Positions 10,501 through 21,475 are shown, counted from the first letter of the stretch. The stretch: DNA of 64,000 nt from Perkinsus chesapeaki ATCC PRA-425 (GCA_013115145.1 JAAPAO010000116.1:1-64000), one strand, 5' to 3'. Numbers and translations: made by a program. The notes: generated by a model from the sequence alone, not told the origin.

Positions 10501-11238
10501 CGATAAACCAAGTCGCGTTTCGGATTCCAGAATTGGGGTGGCTGACGACAAGCTATGTCTGAGAGTAACACAGAGCTACGATAACTTTGAGGTCGCGAAG
10601 AGGATAATGGACACCATATCACTTGTTACCTTTACTACTACTGCTGCTGTCACCCGGCTTCCCCGGGATGGAGGTCCAAGGTGCACATGTGAATCTTACG
10701 CAGCAAGAAGCAAGTGCCCTCATGTAGTAGCTTTGGGACGCCACTTCGGAGTTGATGACCAAGTAGCGTGGCAGAGAGCTGAAGCAAAACTTCAGAGAAA
10801 GCTTAGCAAAGGTGTAGCCGGGCCTGGTTTGAGGTTGAATGAAACTACGCGCTATGGAGGAACACGCCAGAGCCAGGCGCAGGCCCTCCGCGCCACCCAG
10901 TCCAGTATAAGAGCGAGAGGGCTCGATTGCTTCGATTGCCTCCGCATTCTATCCCTCTATCAGCTGAGCTACCTAAGATTAAGAAAAAAGAACTATCAGC
11001 GTGCTGTGGAGGCTATTTTGACTCACCCGCAGTATACTGCTCAACGAAGAAATGCGCCTCCACTGGGTGGTGGCATATTGACTGCGCTGAAGCTTGGTGT
11101 ATGGCAACGGGTTACCCATTGCCTGATCTGGCGAATCGCAGAAAGCCTTGGCACTGTCCGAGATGTAGACCTACCGGTAAAGATTCGAGAAAGAGGCGAA
11201 GGGATGAACTATGTTCCAGCTCAGAGTCCTCGCCCTAG
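7522..11238 (+). CDS. MULE transposase with N-terminal C..C..HxH Zn-finger-like region, DDE domain, SWIM and C-terminal PHD finger (5 exons, ~882 aa from ATG 7522)
   Basis: Exons 7522-8105, 8189-8373, 8466-8581, 9416-10904 and 10964-11238 join in frame across GT-AG introns with matching phases. Motifs: AADVTFNL (D1), TIQDGSKAL (D2), CCYFHFMQ (CxxH), TSNGIEVFH (E), SWIM CTCESYAARSKCPH, PHD CC...C.TKKC..WWHIDC...WHCPRC. Confidence 0.85.
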
Positions 11239-12182
11239 AATCTTTCATAGCGAGCTCTTTGGCAGTATATTTGCAGTATTTTGGGGGCTGCTACATCAAT
11301 AGTTAGTTTGTGAAGATAATGACAACTGATGATTCCATGCATTATGCACGACAGTATCATGATGACACTACCGATAAGTATGCATTATTTACTAATTCGT
11401 GAATTTTTAGTTTCGATCAGCGCGCTTCTGCTGTTGAGCTGCCCAGTGAGTCACTGATGATTGCCCCCGAGACCATATCCAAGGATGATTGATCTCCAGG
11501 GCTCTAGTAATTCGCCGGTTGTTCAATGTTACTCATTCAATGAATTTTACTGTTGCTCACTGAGCAATGCTCAGACTGCATGATCCGCTCACGATGTGAC
11601 TCCAGTTGGCATCCACCCCACGTGACACGACGGTGTACGCATTATGTCCTCTAATACCATCTATAGTATAGATTCTAATCTCGTGCTCTGGGGGGAGACT
11701 CTTCCCCTTTGCCGCATTCCGTCGCTCAATTTAGCATGTGCAATTTCGGGGAGTATAATTCATCATAAGAGACGAATAACCCGTAGGATTCGAAGCTTGC
11801 TGGGATGACTGGCACCCCAAATACCTTGAAAACTTTAAGTTGAAACGCGCGCAAAAAATGTGCTGCGGTACGGGTTTGAGCGGCGCCTAGGACGTTCCTT
11901 TGACTGACGAAGGCGACGAACTATTCCCTTGATTACATACAGTAGTGTTAAAACGACTACTAGCTCCTACTTCGCCTTAGCACGCTTGTCCTACCCTTGG
12001 TAGACTACTGGGTAGTACGACTACTACCCTTGGTAGACCGCAGTAGCTGCAGTTACTTGTTCAAGACTCTAACTTGAGTTACTCACGCTCGTGATGCTTA
12101 TCAGTGTCCTGGTAATGGTATTCTGATGACCCTCTTGTACCTTTGCGACAGTCGTCGACCGACTGTATACGATAGTCTATAC

Positions 12183-12640
12183 CTAGAACACCAAGTCTTC
12201 AACATCCAGCTTGCTCACCAAGCTTTTCAACAAGCCTTGTTGAGTACTGTGATCTGTTGCTATTGTCAATGCAACGATCCGAGAAACTAATTCTTCGAAA
12301 GCTCGTTTAGTCAACTGGTAGAGCTCCCGACAAGGACGCAGAACAACCCAGGTTCGATCCCTGCAATAGCCATATGAGAGAATGATTGGGAACGTAGCTT
12401 GCGGGTGGCTGGCTGGTATCGCTTAAGTAATGCCAAGGGGATAGCTGTTGTTGCCTTGGGAATCTTAGCCTACAAGCGCGACTCTCGGGCATACAGTATT
12501 GTTCATGCGCACACGTGCAGCGCGAAACGTTCGTGCAAGTGCAAGAAAGTTGAAAAGTGAGCACACAAAGGTAGATCCGGGCATCTCTTAAAGAAAGTCT
12601 CTTCCATGAGCTTCTAACTCGCGTGATGAAGTCCCGCAAG
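12183..12640 (-). other. Possible second, convergent gene or remnant in the right arm of the MULE
   Basis: Stop-free helical-looking frame 12360-12183 (DRTWVVLRPCRELYQLTKRAFEELVSRIVAL...LDVEDLVF*) behind a plausible ttgcag acceptor, with exon-like segments further upstream. No family recognised. Confidence 0.22.
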
Positions 12641-12797
12641 GCTCGATCATACTTCGAAGGGCAAGTCGTCGAGTGGACATTAGTATAGCAGCCTATTTTT
12701 GCGTCGACAAATACGACGGCCCTCTGTGGCCTCTGAGGGCAAGGCCGAAGGTGGCGAGACTTTCAATATTTCCGCATTAGGGCCTCGTCAGGTCATT

Positions 12798-12911
12798 CTA
12801 TGACCTATGGGCGGCCGTAGGCCGCCCGCAGTGCCTTTGGCTGTTAGTGGCTGAAAAAAATGACCTTGGTGTTGGCAGACCCTCTTTGTGGTGCTGTGTG
12901 ACCCAGGATGC
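12798..12911 (-). repeat. Right terminal inverted repeat (114 bp) of the MULE
   Basis: Reverse complement of 5558-5672; followed directly by the TSD CCTTCACAC. Confidence 0.93.
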
Positions 12912-13522
12912 CCTTCACACTCCCGAAAAGATGAACACCTCATCGCCTTCCCGTTCACATTTCGTGAATCACAAATGACTAGGATGTAGTCAATGGGCAA
13001 GTTGTCCAGGGTTCAAACTATCCTTGTTGCAGTCCGTCAATTGCTGAGGAAAAGGCGCCGATCGAGGGCCTTATTCAGGAAAGGAGCAGATCCTCCATCG
13101 CACGTCACGTGCGGCAGGTGCACTTCGCTAAAATTGGCCAACTCTAGCACAAAGCCTACATCAAGACGCAAGAAAAAAATTGAAATGACAATTGAATTCA
13201 ATGCATGGGAGTCGGCCGCCACGTGCTAGAGTGGCGTAGCCGATCTCTACGTGGCGCCGTAGAGCCTGGCCACCCCTACGATTGCGCTCTTAATTTAGCG
13301 CACGCCAATCTAATCTATTTACTACTTTGCGAGTTGAGTTAAATGAGACATGGGTCGTTTAACGGTGCAAGATATAAGTTAGTTATAGTTATAGGCCAGT
13401 ACCATCGTGTCCAGTGAACTAGACGATGAGTCTTGATATCTGTAACTGAGTTGAGCCCCGGCTAGGAACACTGGAAGTCTGACCGCTGCTTTTCTGTCAG
13501 CAAGATATAACTTCCTCCCCAA

Positions 13523-15452
13523 ATGTCATCAACTGTTCCAGAATCAGGGACTGCTGAGGAAGGTGTCGAACACATCACGGAGGAGACTGCAGTGGCGACT
13601 GATCCATCCCAGGTAGCCTTCAGACGATACAAGCCCTCAGGGAGTCATTTTAGGGAACCAACTCTCAAATTCCTGAGGTAGAAACCAAAGCAACGCCTGC
13701 CGCGGGGGAGAAGAGGCCGCGAGAGGATGAGCTGGAAACCAGCGTTGAGTCTTCTAATGAAGAGCCGCCTGCTAAAAAGGTCGCTGGTGAGGGAGAAGGG
13801 GAAGTAACTAAGAAAGATACTGAGGTGCATGCTTCAACCGCGGATACCACTCCCGAAATCAACGATCTGCCGACTGAAGCACCGGGGCCTGGTAGTACTG
13901 GCTGCTGATGAGGTACTCTCTACCGTTCGCCTTAGGAGCATCTCCAGCTGCCCCCATCGGGCCTTTGCCGAAGACAAGTGCCTCGCCCATGGCTGTTCCC
14001 ATTGGCCCAGCTGGGCCGCCGCCGCTCCCGTCCATGTCTCATCCTTCTCACATGACCAACCATCAATGGGGAGCTGATGCTGGACCCTTCCGTGATAGTG
14101 TGAAGGTCCCCCAGCACTGTGTGGCTCAAATCATCGGACGCGGTGGTGCCAATTTGATGAGTACTCGTAACACTACTAGATGCCACATTGAGGTGAGTCG
14201 CTGAGGCCACTAGGTGTCCGAAGTTTTACGTCTTAGTGCGATCAACGTACCAAAGATGAGGGTTACTCTTTCTTCCATATCGATGCGGAGACCAAGGACA
14301 GTCTGATGGTAATAAGGAATCATTCGCTGTAGCATCTTTGCTGACATTTAGCGTGGTGTTCGAGCCATTGAGCGACAGACTAAGCCAATGCACCCTCTTG
14401 AGGGGGAAGTGCAGCAAGTCGTCATTGTTCCAGACGAGCGCGTTGGTGACATCCTCGGGCCTCGGGGATGCGTTGTCAAGGTAAGCTTGGTGGAAAGAGT
14501 CGCAGTTGTTGTTGATGGCGTCCAGGTTATATCTGACCAGACCGGTGGTCGAATCGACATACAACAGCGTGGCCTCCAACGTGGCGAACCTCGCGAGTGC
14601 AGAGTGGTCGGAACGCCCGAGGAGGTTCAAGCTGGCATCCAGATGATCGAGGGCATCCGAGATGGGAGCATCGACGTCAAGTCTATAATCAGGGACTTTG
14701 AGGAGGCTAATCCAGCCTTCAGGCGCGAGCAGGAGATGCGGAACTCGGGAGGCGGGTGGATGTCGGGCGGCAAGGGGAATGGTCCTATGTGGGACAGCCC
14801 CTACGGTGCGCACAACTCGATGCCACAGCAACAGCAGCAGTCACACTATGGCTCTCAACCTGGCATGGATCAATGGTCACATCTCTTACCGGCATCAGGC
14901 CCGGTGGACAGAGCTGTTATTGATGTGCCTGCCGACTGCGCAGGGATGGTGATTGGTCGAGGTGGAGAGAATATTAAGGGTTTACAGGCTGAGTGTAGCC
15001 TATCTGAATGCCAGATAGAGAAGGGTATCGATCAGAGAACACCTCGTAAGATGACATTACAAGGCCCGGCAACTGGTGTGCAAGCGGCGCTCATGCAGTT
15101 GTCTATGAAGACCAACGGCAGGATTGTCACCATAGTCCAGCCGCAACACGGAGGGTATCAGCCTCAGCCGATGATGCAACAACAGCCACAACAACAACCC
15201 CAAGGGATGATGCCGCAAGGTTATGGTATGCAACAGCAGCAAGGCGGGTATAATATGGGTATGCCCTACCAGCAGCAGCAACAACCACAGCCGGCTCCTG
15301 CTCCTATGGACCCAATGGCTCAATACTACTCCCAATGGGCCAATTATCAGCAGCAAATGAATGTTAATAACCAGCAGAACGCCCAGGCGTGGAAGAACTA
15401 CTACGCTTCAATTGGCAACCCCCAAACGCCTCCATACCGTGGCGGCCAGTAA
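13523..15452 (+). CDS. Triple-KH-domain RNA-binding protein, FUBP/KHSRP-like (multi-exon)
   Basis: KH loops VAQIIGRGGANL, VGDILGPRGCVVK and AGMVIGRGGENIK; Q/P/G/Y-rich C-terminus with YYSQWANY. Exons join over short GT-AG introns from ATG 13523 to TAA 15452. Confidence 0.85.
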
Positions 15453-15549
15453 CTACGTCTCCTCTTCCTTCTTCGACTGCCGCTCGCATGCTCGGACATA
15501 CTGGTCCAGAGGGTAAGTCTACTAAAGCGTTTTATAAAATTTGGTGACT

Positions 15550-16130
15550 ATTATTAAGGTGACGGGCTGCTGCTGGTGTTGTTGTTGGCCTCCTCCTCGA
15601 TGGTGTAGCAGCCTCTTGTTGGCGTCCTCCTCCTCCTTGCGTCGCGCTGCGTTCTCATCAGGGTCTCCTCGGGTCGGCTTCTCACAAGTTTTCGCTCTTC
15701 CCTCTATGGTTTGCCCTCCGCGTCTTTCGCCCAAGCTCTCTATCTCTCGCGTCGTTCAGATCAGACTCCTTACAACCGACCGATCGTCTCGTGTCCAGCC
15801 ATGTAAGAATTCAGCTTGATCTCTCATCAAGTGAGTAAAGGGTCCACGACTGCTCATCTCGCTTTGTAGGACATCGCACCCGGTGCTGCTGCCGCTTGTC
15901 TTTGCGTTTCCGGCTTGTTCCGTGATGGTGCGTCTTGTTGCTTTTTCGCTGGTCATCGTTATGGTAAGGGCTCCTCCCCTCAATCTTCGCCGTGGACGAT
16001 ATCTTTCAGGTCCCCCTTATCGAGTTCGATCATTAATGTTTAGTCGGCTTTTGCCGAGCTGCCTGAGTGCCCCACTTTTCCTCGTTGCGTTGCATCAATC
16101 CGTCCAGTATCCTGTTCTTGAAGCACTCTC
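15550..16130 (-). CDS. Hypothetical small basic, low-complexity spliced protein, head-to-head with the succinyl-CoA ligase gene
   Basis: Exon-like frames such as GRSPYHNDDQRKSNKTHHHGTSRKRKDKRQQHR bounded by gt..ag. Gene model not resolved; boundaries approximate. Confidence 0.25.
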
Positions 16131-16225
16131 TGTGTGCTAGCTTCCCCGCTCTAGTCCTTCAACCTACCCCTATCCGCGGGCCCCCACCAATTCCCGTCAC
16201 TGCAGTTTTCCGACTTCCTCGTCCC

Positions 16226-17546
16226 ATGTTTTCCTCTGTGGTGCCGCGCAGCTCCGGTGCTGCCGCCGCTCCCCTGTCCCGTCTTGCCGCTCGGGCTTTT
16301 TCCTTCACTGCTCGCGTCTGGGTCGACAAGAACACCAAGGTCATCTGCCAGGTAGGATGCATTCATTGCATTTCAGCAGTCCGTCGGTTAGGGTTTGACC
16401 GGCAAGCAAGGAACCTTCCACACCGCGCAGGCGATCGATTACGGCACCAAGATGGTCGGAGGAGTTAACCCTAAGAAGGCCGGAACTACCCATAATGTTG
16501 GTGGAAAGGTAACCACGATTGGAGCTCAGGTTCGGCTTGGTGGTGGATTATATCACTTTAGGACTTGCCCATTTTTGCTAATGTGATGGAAGCGCGACAA
16601 GCTACAGGAGCTGACGCGACCGTCGTTTACGTTCCTCCTCCAGGTGCGGCCTCAGCTTGCTTGGAGGCCATCGAGGTAGACGTACTCTAGTCGTGGAAGT
16701 GGCTCATTTTGTTTCAGGCTGAGATACCGCTGTTGGTCTGCATCACGGAGGGCATTCCTCAGCATGACATGGTCAAGGTCAGTTGGTGACGCGAAGTTTT
16801 TCGGTAATTATCGCTATCAGGTTAAAGCGGCGCTGAAGATGGCTGGAGGCAAGACTCGGCTCATCGGCCCCAACTGCCCGGGCATCATCAAGCCTGGTGA
16901 ATGCAAAATCGGCATAATGCCAGGATACATTCATAAGAAGGGCAAGATCGGAGTGGTTTCCAGGTGAGCGCTTCGGAGAACTCGAAGGTGAAGAAGCTGT
17001 GTGTTTTTGACAGGTCCGGCACCCTAACGTATGAAGCTGTGAACCAAACGACTGAGGTTGGTTTGGGTCAGAGCACCGTCGTTGGCATCGGCGGTGACCC
17101 TTTCAACGGTACCAATTTTATTGATTGTTTGGAGAGGTTCGTAGAGGATCCTCAAACCGAAGGTGACCAATCCTTCACCTGATACCGTCTATCCTCTTCA
17201 TGTTCAGGTATAATTTTAATCGGCGAAATCGGAGGTGCTGCTGAAGAGGAGGCCGCTGAGTGGTTGAAGCAGCATAATAAGGAGAAGAAGCCCGTCGTCT
17301 CATTCATCGCGGGAGTAACTGCGCCGCCTGGACGAAGGTAGGTGTTCGAAAGCAAGTCTGTGGAATGAGAAAGTGCTCTTTAGGATGGGTCATGCTGGAG
17401 CCATCATTTCTGGTGGCAAGGGGACAGCTGCCACAAAGATCGCCGCCTTGGAGGACTGTGGAGCTAGCGTGGTGCGTTCACCTGCCGACTTGGGCGTTAG
17501 AATGCTCGAGATGTACAAGCAGCGTTACCCCGACAGATCGATATGA
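16226..17546 (+). CDS. SUCLG1: Succinyl-CoA ligase alpha subunit, mitochondrial precursor (multi-exon)
   Basis: Ser/Arg/Ala-rich presequence; [59 protein letters not shown] and active-site [11 protein letters not shown]; introns of ~50 nt. Confidence 0.96.
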
Positions 17547-17934
17547 TCGTTATATTCATCCCTACTTCATCATAAATGCTTATAATAACATTGTGTCTGA
17601 TGATGCTCAACAGCAATAGTTTTTAGAAAGTGCTCTTGTGTCTTTAGAGACTATCAAGGTTATCAAAGATCTCCATTGAGGTTGAGTTGTTAAGAGTGAA
17701 GGTTATCGTGACAGACATACAAGCTTCAATAAACATACGATAAAGAACGCGTACTGCGAACGTATTCCGTCTAAAACGCGATGTGCTGTCAACTGGCGAA
17801 TGCTTGCAAATTTCAATAACATATAGTGTGCGACGTGGAGGCCACATCATGCTCGCTAGCCATGAAAACAGTCAGGCTACACCTTACCGCTACCACCTTC
17901 AAAGTTGTCCCTTCTCCTGGAACCCTGATATATT
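17530..17934 (+). repeat. Block duplicated at 20809-21057 (copy A)
   Basis: 17530-17702 matches 20809-20981 with 2 mismatches in 173 bp; 17855-17934 matches 20981-21057. Confidence 0.92.
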
Positions 17935-18114
17935 AAAGTCCTTCTCGTCTGGTGTTTCGAAGTCACCAACGGTGACTTCAACGGTGTCACACATTTCGTC
18001 TACTGTCGTCGTCCAACCCTATCGCCTTGGGCTCGAATAGTCTCACGTGCTTTAAGAGGTATCCAACTGTCAGAGAGAATCTTGTTTAATAACGTCGTAT
18101 TCGAAGCCCTATAA

Positions 18115-18848
18115 ATGCTACCGAGCTTCAACCTGCTGTCGTTGGTCGTTCTGACAGTACTAGGCCGTACCAACGGTCAGGAACCCATTACCCAACCATC
18201 AGCAGATCATCCAACTTTCATGTCAATGAAGGGTAAGGCATTTCCAAACACGTAATCCAAATCCGACCATTACTGCATCTTGGTACTTTACGTTTTTTGA
18301 AAACCTTCGAGTTTTCTTCCGCCAGCATGGAAATAGGTGCTCTTCGATCCCTCATCATTTCTCAGTCCGGCCACCATATGCTCGCTGTTACCAATTTCAA
18401 GTATGTTACAGTTGTAGATAAAGTTCGCATGATATTCCTTTCAGCAAATTCATCAGAATTATCGCCCCATAGAAATTGAAGGACAACGAAGACACTGAAG
18501 ATTCGCATACTAGATCGTCACCGCGACCAGAAGAGACACCTGGAAGTCTTGGACAATCGCCAATTCCGGTAGTTGTCCGTATTGAATACAAGGATATGAG
18601 TATCAAAGCATAGTCCCAGGGAATAGAAGTTGAGATCTGCCATCCTCGCGACGCCGGTGACAGTCACTATTCGCCAACCATTGCATCCGAAGCTGAAGAG
18701 CACTCAGTTGCACAGGCTCAACAGACGCAGCATTCGACTTGTCCTTTTTTCTCTCCGCGCTAACTTCGATCATGAGATTTCACTACAGGATACCACCATA
18801 TCTAAAGATGTATCAGAGGTGCAGGGAGATGCCTTTATAAGCCATTGA
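18115..18848 (+). pseudogene. Possible disrupted secreted-protein gene
   Basis: ATG 18115 MLPSFNLLSLVVLTVLGRTNGQEP (signal-peptide-like) and a G|gtaagg donor, but the downstream frames do not join without stops. Confidence 0.22.
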
Positions 18849-19018
18849 CGATAAGACATAGCAACAAAACACGCAACACACATGAAAAAATATGAAGTTG
18901 GACGACCTTACTCTGAAAAGTGCACCGATGGGCAAACTGAAGTGATTCACCGGACTCTAAACTTGGACGTCAGCTCGTAGTGTTCTGGGAGCGGTCAAGT
19001 GAAAACACAAGGAAACTC

Positions 19019-20387
19019 TCAGTAGAGGGTCCGGCCCGACTTGGCTCGCGAAAGCAGTGCATAAAGTAGAGAAGACTTATCCCAAGGGAAGAGATCTTGT
19101 GACAAGCCGCCACCACCTTCCAGCATTATGCCGCGCAACTTGTACTGCCGCGCCAACGCTATCTTATCAACGAGACGGGTCTGGGAGAAGAAGTAATAGC
19201 CACCCTGTGTAGTTTTGTTGAATATAACTGATCCATTGCCCTTGGGGTCAGCGTTGTAATCGTAAACCATAAGAGAGTATCCGGTATCCGAAGAGAAATA
19301 CGTGGCTCTAGCGAGAAGGGGTACCTGAAGAGTCGGACGAAAAATGACCCTGAAGCAGAATTACTGTAGTTGAACTATATTGTAAGTTGACATACAAGTT
19401 GATCAGTAAACATATACACTCAGACAATTCTTCACCTGTAAAATAATGCTTCCAGGTTTTGCTCCAGCGATGGTAGCATTCTTGATTGCTTTTTTGGCGT
19501 AGGTGTCCGTGTTGAATACCGGGGTCTGGTCATCGTATCTGGGCCGTAGCGCAACGAAGTTGAGGTCAGCGATCCTAGCGAGGCCACTATTGTTCACCAC
19601 TTGCCAATCGTCGCATCCGAAACTGAAACCACACGATCGTTATGCAGTGAGCAGCGCCATTTGAAGTGCAAGGGTATCTCTGGTTGAAGACTCAATGACA
19701 CTGAGCAAGCGCTCACCTTAATGCAGATATCAAGTTCAATTTCCTCAAAGCCGGGAAGACCTTCTTCAAACATCTCAACTGGGTCTCAGTTAGCAGGGGA
19801 CCAAACGCGAAGCCGGTGACGTTATACTTCTTCAGAAAACTCCGAGCACTCCCCATGAAAATGGTCTCGTCAAAGAGTTCAGTATCAGAAATCTCTAGCC
19901 AGGCCAGAATAGACCCACGTTTGCCTTTCACCTTCTGAGACAAGCTAGAGAAAGCCTTCTCCTTCCAGGGCGGATCGAAGGGGAAATCTTGTATGATTCT
20001 ACTATCATTCAATGCATATCCACCAAGCATAAAGCTTCGGCCTCCAATGTCCAATATCCTGTTGAAATAGGACTCCCAGGTATAGTCCGGGTTCTCTGGG
20101 CACAACGTGCTGTTTGTGCAGAATGGGGCCTCCTTAATGACCCAGGGACTGTCAACACCTTTGTACACTTCCAAATGGCTAGCAGCCGCGAATATACTGA
20201 CGGAGAGGATGTACGCACTCATCAGCATTAGGAAGGGTCGCATTGGAGTGATGTGACAATTGTGCCGGGAACTCATCAGCCGGCATTGCTCTATAGCCAA
20301 TATGCTATTCCCCTGCCGCGTAGAGGCAACATGCGCCATAATGGCGCACAAACTAAGCGTAACAACTTTGCTTCTGAGTCTCATCAA
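19019..20387 (-). CDS. GH18 chitinase-like secreted protein, non-catalytic, copy 2 (3 exons)
   Basis: Same exon structure as copy 1; FLKKYNVTGFAFGP at the DxDxE position; last exon ~97% identical to copy 1 over 141 nt. Confidence 0.68.
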
Positions 20388-20808
20388 AACTGGGGGGAGT
20401 CACGGTATTTATAGCCATACCGTACTTTGAACCGTGAATCGTTTTTGAAACAGTTTTTAACTCAAGTCAATCAGTACTCCTCGGTCATTACTCTTTGTAC
20501 GCGCGCTTATCGCCTGGTTTCGAAGTCACAAGGGCAAACTGTCTCCCTCGGCCCCGCGTTCCTCAACAGTATTCACCCGTTTCCTCTTTTCTGTACAATC
20601 CGATCACTCGTGAAAGAGATCTGTATCGTGTTCCCGAGCCCCTGTTCCTATAATGCTCGAAAAGACGAGCTAGAACTAGATTTTCCTTCCATACTTTTGT
20701 AGCGCCGGCGGCCTCGAGTGTTCCCCGCGGGCACTTCGCCATTCTCTCCCCGTCCGTTACCAAGTACTCGATGCTGAGCTGCACAGTGCTGACGATGTAC
20801 AAGGTACT

Positions 20809-21057
20809 CCGACAGATCGATATGATCGTTATATTCATCCCTACTTCATCATAAATGCTTATAATAACATTGTGTCTGATGATGCTCAACAGCTATAGTT
20901 TTTAGAAAGTGCTCTTGTGTCTTTAGAGACTATCAAGGTTATCAAAGATCTCCATTGAGGTTGAGTTGTTAAGAATGAAGGCTAGCCATGAAAACAGTCA
21001 GGCTACACCTTACCGCTACCACCAAGGTGATGCCTTCTCCTGGAACCCTGATATATT
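20809..21057 (+). repeat. Near-identical copy B of the region 3' of the succinyl-CoA ligase gene, with an internal deletion
   Basis: Matches 17530-17702 joined directly to 17855-17934. Confidence 0.92.
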
Positions 21058-21475
21058 CGAAGGAATTAACTGGAAAGTTATACTTGTGATATAAATCCAT
21101 TGTCAAGAAGCGTGCGTTATAGATGATATGTACTGTAGCTCTCCTATTCAGAGAGCTTTCAGACAGTTTTTACGTCTCCATTCTGGTCAAGCTGTCGGTG
21201 CGACCCACGTTTCTCCGCAGAGAACTAGCCCGACACTACAGATTAATTCACGGCACAGGGTTCACTAACCACTAACAGTTAATTGACAACACGTTACTGT
21301 CGGGAGCTAGATACTAGGCTTCTGACGCTAGTAGCTTACAAAAGGCATGCCTTTATCTTCCACTGAAAAAACTGGTGTAGTTGTCACATAATCATTATGT
21401 GCCACGTTTTGTGGCTCGCACTTGTTAGATACTCCATATTTATCAGAGAGAGGTCAAGCGCGGGCGCTCATGAGT

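Larger units (their letters stand above)
5558..12911 (+). mobile_element. Mutator-like (MULE) DNA transposon, 7,354 bp, carrying a Pif1 helicase region
   Basis: TIRs at 5558-5672 and 12798-12911 (3 substitutions, 1 indel). Exact 9-bp direct repeat CCTTCACAC immediately outside both ends (5549-5557 and 12912-12920). Internal MULE transposase. A 9-bp TSD with long TIRs is typical of Mutator. Confidence 0.92.

Noticed and set aside
10927-11302. C-terminal ~130 aa of the 610-aa ORF call, and the 103-aa ORF as a separate gene
   Set aside because: Better explained by the 59-nt intron 10905-10963, which joins the PHD frame to the transposase.
5558-12911. Helitron as the identity of the Pif1-containing element
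   Set aside because: No HUH Rep motifs and no TC...CTRR ends. Long TIRs, a 9-bp TSD and a DDE transposase define it as Mutator-like.
14226-14831. 201-aa minus-strand ORF
   Set aside because: Antisense shadow of the KH-domain gene exons; no independent motif.
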